Of a stretch of DNA of 64,000 nt, positions 36,547-44,845 are shown one piece after another. A model generated the notes under the pieces. The model did not search any database. It saw nothing but the letters and a program-made list of their open reading frames with translations, and was not told where the DNA came from. Origin of the DNA: Balneola sp. GTDB taxonomy: Bacteria; Bacteroidota; Rhodothermia; Balneolales; Balneolaceae. Location of the stretch: NCBI GenBank assembly GCA_048267645.1, contig JBLWXC010000006.1:13742-77741 (forward strand), given 5' to 3'. Position numbers and translations under genes: made by a program. The stretch's first letter is position 1, and each line of letters opens with the position of its first letter.

Positions 36547-37791
36547 ATGCAGACGGGATCAACAGAACAGACACTCAGCAGTATAACTGCACCTTTAATT
36601 AAGAAAATACCATTCACTGCAACTGGTACTGAACTACATGCTGTTTTGGGTAGAATACTTGACGAAGAAACAGAAGATACAAGACTGGCATTAAAACAAA
36701 TTCTTGAGCAGTATTTGCTGCATATGCTTAAAAATCAAGCGTCTGATATTGATATTGGAGGTCTGGGTTGTGATGGTAAAATTTGGTATAGAATATTTGG
36801 AGATAAAAAACCATTCAAAAAGTCCGATAAGTACTCTTTATTAGAAACGGACTTTCTATTGTTAAACATTATTGAAAAGAGCCAAAGAGAACGATTATTT
36901 CGGAATAAAAATCTCGATTTTTCATATTCCATTGATATTGGTAATGGCAAAACGCAACGTTTTAGGGTAGATATCTATTTAGATATGGAACATTTCGCCT
37001 TAAATATGAGAAAAATTGATAATACAATTCGACCATTTAAATCGCTAAATGTACACCCAGAAATCGCTAAAGCTTTAAGTCTTAAATATTATAAATATGG
37101 CTTAACTTTAATTACAGGTATTACTGGTTCCGGTAAATCTTCTACATTAGACACTATAATTGATGCGAATAATCGTACTGTAGACTCCCATATCGTTGTT
37201 ATTTCTTCCCCAGTTGAATTAATCCATAAACCAATTAGATCTGTTGTTAGGCACCGGGAAGTTGGTAGAGATGTTGATTCTTTTAAAGATGGTGCAATTC
37301 AAGCCTTACGTCAGGATCCTGATATAATTGTTATTGGTGAGTTGAGAGATCCTGATACCATTATGACTGCTTTAGAAATTACGGATTCTGGTCACAAGAC
37401 TTTTTCAACATTACATACATCCTCAGCAATGGATAGTATAGACCGAATTTTAGGCGAGGTTCCAACGGCAGAACAGAATAGGGTTAGATCTAGGTTAGCC
37501 GATGTTTTAACCTGTGTGATTAGCCAAAAATTAGTGCCAAGTATTGATGGTAGAAGGGTACTAGCAAAAGAAGTATTATTGGGTACGTTCTCTGTTAAAG
37601 CGGCCATACGTAACAATAACATTGGCGAGATTTACCAGATGATGATGGAGGGTAGTGAGAAAGGTATGAATACACTAGAACAAGACTTAAAACGTCTTTT
37701 CCAAGAGGGTAAAATTTCCAAAGAAAGCGCACTGAATTACGCGAATAATAAACCTAAAATGATGCAGCTTTTTAGTGAGGTTAATTATTAA
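36547..37791 (+). CDS. pilT: Type IV pilus retraction ATPase PilT/PilU family
   Basis: GITGSGKSSTL, ALRQDPDII, GELRD, TLHTSSA, AIRN-like C-terminal helix, GMNTLEQ. Confidence 0.85.
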   Translation: MQTGSTEQTLSSITAPLIKKIPFTATGTELHAVLGRILDEETEDTRLALKQILEQYLLHMLKNQASDIDIGGLGCDGKIWYRIFGDKKPFKKSDKYSLLETDFLLLNIIEKSQRERLFRNKNLDFSYSIDIGNGKTQRFRVDIYLDMEHFALNMRKIDNTIRPFKSLNVHPEIAKALSLKYYKYGLTLITGITGSGKSSTLDTIIDANNRTVDSHIVVISSPVELIHKPIRSVVRHREVGRDVDSFKDGAIQALRQDPDIIVIGELRDPDTIMTALEITDSGHKTFSTLHTSSAMDSIDRILGEVPTAEQNRVRSRLADVLTCVISQKLVPSIDGRRVLAKEVLLGTFSVKAAIRNNNIGEIYQMMMEGSEKGMNTLEQDLKRLFQEGKISKESALNYANNKPKMMQLFSEVNY

Positions 37792-37796
37792 TATCG

Positions 37797-39524
37797 ATGG
37801 CAAGTAAAAAGATATATACAGGCATTGTTCTAGAAGACGATTATTTAAAAGTCGCAAGAATTAGTGTAAGCGGTAAAAAAGCGCAATTAGTATACTTAGA
37901 TAAAATAAAGCTTGTTGAAAACCTCGAAAAAACAACTTCTTCGGTTGAAGAAGAGGTTCCTGTTATTTTTGATGCTTTTGAAGACGAACTAGAAGATGAC
38001 AGTATCTTTGGTATTGAATCAGATTCGGAAGACCTAAATACTGACTTAGGAAGTGACCCAGATGAATTCGATATCGATTTAGATTTAGATAATTTAGACA
38101 GTGGTGAAGAGTTAATTGATGTAGATATGGCGGAAGATAGTAGCGAAGCTGCTCCCGCTAGTAATGAGCTATTACTCTATAATCTATTAAGCAACTTCAG
38201 CCATAAAAAAATTCACCTTGGGCTTAATATCCAAGCAGGTGATAGTATCTTTCAGATTCTTAAAGACGTAGACTTTTCTTCTACAAAAAAGAAGGATCTT
38301 AAAATTATTGTTGATGACCGGTTAGAAGCATTATATGGAACTCCTAAAGCGGAAGATTTTTATTCATACACGGTAAGAGATGATGGTGCCCTACTTTTAG
38401 CCTCTATCGATGATGAGCCTCAAACCCTACAATTACTAGATAGAACTTCTAGCTTATACAGAGGGAAATTATTTATAGATGAGATTCTCCCTGATGAAGT
38501 TCTTTTAATTGGTCTGATAAGAGCCAATTATAAACTAGACCCGAATAGTATCACTGCGGTAATACAATACGGTGAGACTTATTGTAGAGTACTGTTTATG
38601 AAGGGTAAAGAATTATGGATTGTTTCTCCGATTATTACAGAAGGAACTAATTCACGAAAGTTCTTAAATACTGTTTTTAGTAAGATTTTATTCCAATTAG
38701 ATACGGGAGAGGTACCGAATCTTGATCGAATATTGTTATGTAATAATATTTTAGGCGATGAAGCTGTAGACTTTTTCCAAGAGCGTTTTCCTGATATAGA
38801 TGTATCAGGGTTTACTTTCGAAGAAGAGTATTTTGACACAGAAAAATACGATTCAGGAGCTGTAGCATCTTTTACTACAGCAATAGGTATGGCTTGGGCT
38901 TCTGCTGGGTTTAATAAAGATAAATTTCCAAAATTAAGTTTCCTTCCCAATTCAGTTAAAGATCGCCAAAAGATTTTCAAATTACAGTGGCATGGTTACT
39001 TAATGCTGTTTCTCATTTTTATAACTCCATTTATTTTCAACTACTATTACTTAAAAAATTCTGCAGAGATAGATTCTTTACAAGATCGTGTTGCTACATT
39101 AGACCAAAATATCAGTCTACTTCAATCAACTGTAAATAATTATAACCAAACCAGCCAAGATTTATCTGGTATACAATCTCGGCTAATGTTATTGGATGAA
39201 TTAAGTAACGGAACGCTAACTTGGTCAGTTAATTTAGATATTATAAATCGTGGAATTAATAATATAGATTCCATATGGCTAACTTCCTTAGTTTCTACTA
39301 ATAATAAAAATACAATAGAAATTCAGGGTTATTCGCTCTATAAAAATAGAATTCCTATGATTGCAGATATTTTTGATAATGCAGTTTTACTGGATGTTAG
39401 TAGAGAGGAAATTAGAGAAAAGGAGGTATTCTCATTTCGATATCTAGTAAATAGAATTGTTGCAAATGAAAACATGTATACTCCTGAAAGTGCTAAAGGC
39501 TTAGATAATGTTTTAGGTAATTAA
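37797..39524 (+). CDS. PilM-PilN fusion (alignment complex) with acidic insertion
   Basis: Actin-like PilM segments, internal LSFLP (PilN INLLP-like) motif, TM, coiled coil, PilN-like IWLTSL...IEIQGYS. Confidence 0.7.
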   Translation: MASKKIYTGIVLEDDYLKVARISVSGKKAQLVYLDKIKLVENLEKTTSSVEEEVPVIFDAFEDELEDDSIFGIESDSEDLNTDLGSDPDEFDIDLDLDNLDSGEELIDVDMAEDSSEAAPASNELLLYNLLSNFSHKKIHLGLNIQAGDSIFQILKDVDFSSTKKKDLKIIVDDRLEALYGTPKAEDFYSYTVRDDGALLLASIDDEPQTLQLLDRTSSLYRGKLFIDEILPDEVLLIGLIRANYKLDPNSITAVIQYGETYCRVLFMKGKELWIVSPIITEGTNSRKFLNTVFSKILFQLDTGEVPNLDRILLCNNILGDEAVDFFQERFPDIDVSGFTFEEEYFDTEKYDSGAVASFTTAIGMAWASAGFNKDKFPKLSFLPNSVKDRQKIFKLQWHGYLMLFLIFITPFIFNYYYLKNSAEIDSLQDRVATLDQNISLLQSTVNNYNQTSQDLSGIQSRLMLLDELSNGTLTWSVNLDIINRGINNIDSIWLTSLVSTNNKNTIEIQGYSLYKNRIPMIADIFDNAVLLDVSREEIREKEVFSFRYLVNRIVANENMYTPESAKGLDNVLGN

Positions 39525-39532
39525 AGGCTAAT

Positions 39533-40393
39533 ATGTCATACGCTCTACGAAATACAATTATACTTCTCATAACACTTTTCCTCTTTGTTGGTGCGGCTAC
39601 TGGATACGTTAAGTTTTTTCAACTAGCCAAAATAAATGACTTAACGTCTGAACTAAAGGTTAAAGAAGCAGATTACACTGAAAAACAACAGATTAAAGCG
39701 GATTATCCAGCTTTATTAGATAAGTATATTTTAGCTAGAGATATTGTTCTTGGCTATGATAAAACGCTCTATAAAACTAACAATCCTGACGATGTATTTA
39801 ACTATTTAAGCGAAATTTCTGGAGACGGCTTAGAGTTATACTATGATTATATTCTTGCTGATTCAGTTAATGAAGAACAATATGGCATTATAAACTCTGA
39901 TATTCAGGGGTCAGGAGCTTTTAGTGATATTGTTACTTTTATAAATATCTTAGAAAATAGCCCACTACTCAATAAAGTGGAAAATTTGTCGATTACTCCT
40001 TTAAATAATTATGAAAACGTAGACTATGTATCTTTCGATTTTCGTCTTAAGAGTTATTACCAAAGGGTGGATTTTGAAAACGATGTGAATATTGATGATT
40101 CGCTAAAACAAAATCCCAATATTTCTGTGTATAATCCTTTTAAACCAATTATTTTACCAAATATTCCTTTGAATGAGGATGATAAAATTGAAATTGAAAA
40201 ATCTAGATTGTTGGGTATCTCAGGTTCTAGAATCTTCTTGATTGATCAGTTTGGGAATAGAAGAACTTTAAAAATCGGCGATAAAGTTTTTCTGGGCTAT
40301 TTGAAGTCTATAAACACTAGTAAAAGAGAAGTTATTTTTGACCTTGATAAAGGTGGAATTAAAGAATTATTTACTCTAAAGGTAGAACGATGA
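39533..40393 (+). CDS. PilO-like protein with a PilP-like C-terminal domain
   Basis: N-terminal TM, coiled coil, GSGAFSDIVTFINILE ferredoxin-like fold; NPFKP then LLGI...LKIGDK beta domain. Confidence 0.65.
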   Translation: MSYALRNTIILLITLFLFVGAATGYVKFFQLAKINDLTSELKVKEADYTEKQQIKADYPALLDKYILARDIVLGYDKTLYKTNNPDDVFNYLSEISGDGLELYYDYILADSVNEEQYGIINSDIQGSGAFSDIVTFINILENSPLLNKVENLSITPLNNYENVDYVSFDFRLKSYYQRVDFENDVNIDDSLKQNPNISVYNPFKPIILPNIPLNEDDKIEIEKSRLLGISGSRIFLIDQFGNRRTLKIGDKVFLGYLKSINTSKREVIFDLDKGGIKELFTLKVER

Positions 40394-42240
40394 AATTAAT
40401 GAGTACTTATAAACAATTAAAACCCTTGCAGTATTTATTTCTGTTGGGCTTGATATTTACACTTTCATGGGAGGTTAATGCACAAACTTTACCATTTAGA
40501 GAGTATACGAATCCGGATGAAATTGTAACCTTTGATAGGGCAACATCCTTTATTGAAGCTGTTGAAATTATTAATCAATTTGCTCAAGAATATGAGAACA
40601 AATTTATAGTTGATAAATCAGGATATTCAGGTGAAATAGGAGTTAGTTTACCTGCAATGCATTGGAAAGATGCGTTGACATACATTCTACAGTTTAGAAA
40701 TTTAGAACTTATTACCACTCCTCAGTATTATGAAATTGGAGTTAAAAAAATAGAGACTGGAAGTATACAGCAGAAAAATAGCCCTGCATTAGCTTCAACT
40801 CTACCACCATCAATTCAGTTAGCCACTACAGCAACTCGAGAAGTACGTATTAATGCTACTTTTTTTGAAGGTAATAAAAGAGCTCTACAAGAAATTGGTG
40901 TGGATTGGTCTACACTCACAAAGAATGTGCCAAGTAATATCCAAGATTTTGTAGACCCTGACGGAGACGAAGCTTTACCTCAAACTACTTTTAACGATCA
41001 ATTCGTATCAATAAACGCTACTAATGCAAATCAAGTTTCTCAGAATGTGTTTAATGCATTGGTAAATTTTGGTGAAGTTGGTCCTGTAAATGTTCAAGCA
41101 TTATTCAGTGCATTTGAGTCTAGTAACCTCGGTAATATTCTAGCAACTCCTTCCATTAAAGTAGTTGATGGTCAGGAAGGTAAAATTCAGGTTGGGCAAG
41201 ATTTCTCAATTAAACAGAAAGATTTTGCAGGAAATGTAAGCGACGCTTTTTACAGTACTGGTACAATCTTGACAGTTACCCCAACGGTTATCGAATATCA
41301 AGACACCACGTTTATACATCTAGATTTAGCTTTAGAACGATCTACTGCTTTACCTGATGCCGTAAGTACAATTGTTAATAAACAAACCGCACAAACACAA
41401 ACTTTGCTTCTTAATGGAGAAGCGACTTCAATTGCTGGTCTTTATAGAACCGACCATACAACCGTAAGAAGAGGTGTTCCTATTCTTAAGGATTTACCAC
41501 CATGGTTTTTTGGATTAAGATATATTTTTGGATATAATTCTGATGACAAACTTGAGAATGAATTGGTAATTCTCGTTCAAGCTGAACTTGAAAAATCTTT
41601 GCCTGAGCGAATGAACGAAGCTTTGGTTTCTAAAGGAATGCTACTTCAGCAAGAAAGAGAACGTTTTAGAAATGGCATGGATTATATTTTGGAGCAGGCT
41701 GCAAAAAGTGCTGAGGTTCCTTTGGATGTAAGTCCTAAAGTTGTAGAAGTTGAACCTGTAGAAAAAGTAGTTGAGCCCAAAATAGTTGAAACAGTTACTG
41801 AACCGGAAGTTGTTGCCCCTCCTAAAGAGGAATTAACTGAAATAGAGGAAGAGCAATTCTCTGAACTATCTATGCCAGTTAAAAATCCTGAATTAATGGT
41901 GGTTGTTCCAAAAGCTTTTGATTTGGATGATTACCTCGTAAAACAAGAAAATGGAGACTTAGAGGTAGCAGAAGAAGACAAATCACTAAAGTATTTTGTA
42001 ATTGGTGGTTCTTTTATTGTACCAGATAATGCCTATCGCTTTGAAAAGTCACTAGACGCTGAAGGCTTCGAGTCTCGGATTTTATACAACCCTAGCACTA
42101 AGTTTAATTATGTAGCTTATTATGGGTTTAGTAATTACGATGAAGCTGTTGCTCAAACACTTAAAATCCGTGAGGCTTTAAATTCTGAAGCTTGGTTATT
42201 TAAAATGGAAGGCAAAACAGAATATAAGGGAGAGAACTAA
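40390..42240 (+). CDS. pilQ: Secretin (PilQ-like) with C-terminal SPOR domain
   Basis: Signal peptide; VRINATFFE..EIGVDW, ATPSIKVVDGQ, TGTILTVTP, GVPILKDLP; P/E/V-rich linker; VIGGSF...A SPOR motif. Confidence 0.82.
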   Translation: MKLMSTYKQLKPLQYLFLLGLIFTLSWEVNAQTLPFREYTNPDEIVTFDRATSFIEAVEIINQFAQEYENKFIVDKSGYSGEIGVSLPAMHWKDALTYILQFRNLELITTPQYYEIGVKKIETGSIQQKNSPALASTLPPSIQLATTATREVRINATFFEGNKRALQEIGVDWSTLTKNVPSNIQDFVDPDGDEALPQTTFNDQFVSINATNANQVSQNVFNALVNFGEVGPVNVQALFSAFESSNLGNILATPSIKVVDGQEGKIQVGQDFSIKQKDFAGNVSDAFYSTGTILTVTPTVIEYQDTTFIHLDLALERSTALPDAVSTIVNKQTAQTQTLLLNGEATSIAGLYRTDHTTVRRGVPILKDLPPWFFGLRYIFGYNSDDKLENELVILVQAELEKSLPERMNEALVSKGMLLQQERERFRNGMDYILEQAAKSAEVPLDVSPKVVEVEPVEKVVEPKIVETVTEPEVVAPPKEELTEIEEEQFSELSMPVKNPELMVVVPKAFDLDDYLVKQENGDLEVAEEDKSLKYFVIGGSFIVPDNAYRFEKSLDAEGFESRILYNPSTKFNYVAYYGFSNYDEAVAQTLKIREALNSEAWLFKMEGKTEYKGEN

Positions 42241-43025
42241 GAAACGGCATTCTTTTCAATAAATTTAATGGAGAGTTCATTGAACTCTTCAGGCCGTTCA
42301 ACATTACATACATGCCCACAATCTTTTACTACTGCTAAATAAGATGAGGTGTGTTTTTCAACAATTTGTTTAACAGGAGGGAGAAACATATAATCTTCCT
42401 CTCCCATAATATAAAGCATTGGTGTTGATATCTCTTTCTCCTTGAAATAACGCAATAATGGGTTAATCTCGTTTGTAAGCTTAAACCATTTTAAAAACTC
42501 TTTTTGATATAGCTTTTTAGCCTCTCTTATAAAGAGGTTTCTGGATTCTTCGTGTCGTTTCCTTGGCATTATTATCCAAGCAAAAAACCTATATAAGAGC
42601 ATATACGGAATAACTCGTTTGAAAATATTTCCAATAAAAACGAGTATCCTCGATCTAACATTTAGTCTAGTTATTGCACCACAAAGTATCGCAGAATGTA
42701 TTCGTTCTGGAGCGATTTCTCCCAATGTTCTAATGATTATAGTTCCCAAAGAAACACCTACAAAGTGAGCTTTCTCTATCTTTAAATGATCAAGTACATC
42801 AATAATATCTTGGCTAATATTCTCAAAGGAATAATTCTCTTCATAATATTTCTGAAGTAAGTCTTTCGATTTACCGTGTCCTCGTAGGTCAATGAGAAGA
42901 ATGTTGAACTTTTTCTTATACGGCTTAATCTGATTAAACCAAATAGACGAACTTCCTCCAGCGCCGTGAATAAACACAACCCAGTCTGCCGATGGAGATT
43001 TTATATATTCTTTGTAATAAAGCAT
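42237..43025 (-). CDS. Alpha/beta hydrolase
   Basis: FIHGAGG, IDLRGHG, GVSLG elbow, GEED, CGHVCN. Confidence 0.88.
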   Translation of the reverse strand: MLYYKEYIKSPSADWVVFIHGAGGSSSIWFNQIKPYKKKFNILLIDLRGHGKSKDLLQKYYEENYSFENISQDIIDVLDHLKIEKAHFVGVSLGTIIIRTLGEIAPERIHSAILCGAITRLNVRSRILVFIGNIFKRVIPYMLLYRFFAWIIMPRKRHEESRNLFIREAKKLYQKEFLKWFKLTNEINPLLRYFKEKEISTPMLYIMGEEDYMFLPPVKQIVEKHTSSYLAVVKDCGHVCNVERPEEFNELSIKFIEKNAVS

Positions 43026-43155
43026 GCTTCTAACTAATCCTCAGGTGCAGAACATAAATTATTAAGTTTATAATGCAATAACATCCTACTAAATATTTCA
43101 TAATTCTGAATTAATATGATAGGAATATTATCTATTAACTAATAGGTAACTTGCT

Positions 43156-43941
43156 ATGATTAACTGCTCAAATAATTATAATTCTCAAACATTCAGAGAT
43201 TTTGAAATTAAAAGCCAAAAATATACTGTACGATTGGCTCTAAATCGAGAGGAGGTAGAAAAGGCATTAAGACTTAGATTTTATGTTTTTAACGTAGAAC
43301 TCGGTGAAGGTTTAGACGAATCTTATTCAAAAAAGTTAGATGAGGATTGTTATGATAAATTTTGTCATCACTTAATTATTATTGAGCACGCTACAAATGA
43401 AGTGATTGGAACGTATAGAATCCAAGATAGTGATAGTGCCAGAGAAGGATTTGGTTTCTATACGGAGAATGAATTTGATCTTTCAAATTTCCCAGAGTTC
43501 ATAAAAACTAATGCATTTGAACTCGGTAGAGCTTGCATTGATATGAATCATAGAAATGGGCGTGTACTTTATATGCTATGGAAAGGGCTAGCTAAATACA
43601 TGATTCTGTCAAATAAACGCTATCTCTTTGGTTGTTGCTCCATAACAAGCCAGAATCCTGATGAAGGCAGAGCGATATATGAGTACCTAAAACAAGGTAA
43701 CTATATTGATGCTAACTATTTCGCAAATGTAACTCCCGATTTTGAATGCCTAACTTTATCTTCAGAATTAGGCTATAACCAAAAAGTGGAAATTCCACAG
43801 CTTTTTAAACTTTATTTAGAATTAGGGTGCAAGGTATGTAGCCCACCTGCTTTAGATAAAGATTTTAAAACTATAGACTTTTTAATCCTTCTCGATATTG
43901 ATTCAATTTCAAAAGAAACAAGAGCACTTTTTTTAAAATAG
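43156..43941 (+). CDS. OlsB-like GNAT N-acyltransferase (amino acid N-acylation)
   Basis: LRLRFYVF, D.YDKFCHHL, IGTYRI, FYTENEFD, ELGRACI, LWKGL, YLFGCCSI. Confidence 0.85.
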   Translation: MINCSNNYNSQTFRDFEIKSQKYTVRLALNREEVEKALRLRFYVFNVELGEGLDESYSKKLDEDCYDKFCHHLIIIEHATNEVIGTYRIQDSDSAREGFGFYTENEFDLSNFPEFIKTNAFELGRACIDMNHRNGRVLYMLWKGLAKYMILSNKRYLFGCCSITSQNPDEGRAIYEYLKQGNYIDANYFANVTPDFECLTLSSELGYNQKVEIPQLFKLYLELGCKVCSPPALDKDFKTIDFLILLDIDSISKETRALFLK

Positions 43942-43958
43942 TTTACTAGATTCTCTCC

Positions 43959-44750
43959 ATGAGGATTTTGAGAATAATTGTACGATTACCGGCTTTTTTA
44001 CTAATTACCTTGGGTTGCTATTTACTGGTAATGGTGGGCCGATTAGCAACTGCTTTAGGGTTTAAAGGGCAAACAATTAGTAACTATTTTTTAGGTTTAT
44101 GGGGACATCTTGCTTGCCTAGTACTGGGAATGAAAGTCAAAGTAACAGGAAACGCTCCGAAACCACCTTTTTTTATTGTAAGTAACCATTTAAGCTATGT
44201 TGATGTAATGGTTCTTTGTAAAACCACACAAACTTTGTTTGTTGCAAAGAATGAGGTAAAGAACTGGCCAATTTTTGGAATTCTTGCAAAAACAATAGGA
44301 ATGATTTTTGTTGATAGAGAGAAGAGATCTGACGTAGCACGTGTCAACAAAGAAATTTCAGACAGACTTGAGAAAAATTACGGAGTCACAATATTTCCTG
44401 AGGCAACTACAAGTCCAGGCTATGAAATTCTTCCATTTAAAACATCATTGCTTGCATATCCCGCTGCAAGAAATATCCCCGTGCATTATGCTTCTATTAC
44501 TTACTCAACACCAGAAGATGAACAAGAAGCTTATATGGCAGTTTCTTGGTGGGGAGAAATGCCATTTTTAAGCCATTTTATTAATATTTTGTCTTTAAGA
44601 AACTTTACCTGCAATATTACGTTTGGTGAAGAGCCAGAACTTCATAACAATAGAAAAGTGTTGGCGTCAACATTACATAAAAAAATATCACATACATTTA
44701 ATCCAGTAATAGAATATTCAAAGTATGCAGAAAGACACAGGATTGAGTAG
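43959..44750 (+). CDS. OlsA/PlsC-like acyltransferase
   Basis: SNHLSYVD (HX4D), FVAK, FVDR, FPEATT motifs. Confidence 0.88.
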   Translation: MRILRIIVRLPAFLLITLGCYLLVMVGRLATALGFKGQTISNYFLGLWGHLACLVLGMKVKVTGNAPKPPFFIVSNHLSYVDVMVLCKTTQTLFVAKNEVKNWPIFGILAKTIGMIFVDREKRSDVARVNKEISDRLEKNYGVTIFPEATTSPGYEILPFKTSLLAYPAARNIPVHYASITYSTPEDEQEAYMAVSWWGEMPFLSHFINILSLRNFTCNITFGEEPELHNNRKVLASTLHKKISHTFNPVIEYSKYAERHRIE

Positions 44751-44845
44751 CCTCAGGTTCAATTTATGGAACGAAGAAATACGTTTCAGCCTTCAATTTA
44801 CAATATGAACTGGGTAGCGACGCTTTACATTTCGCATACTAATTA

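Noticed and set aside
31868-42240. Type II secretion system interpretation
   Set aside because: A PilT/PilU-type ATPase and PilM/N/O/P-like components favour a retractile pilus; no GspC/L/M pseudopilin set is evident.
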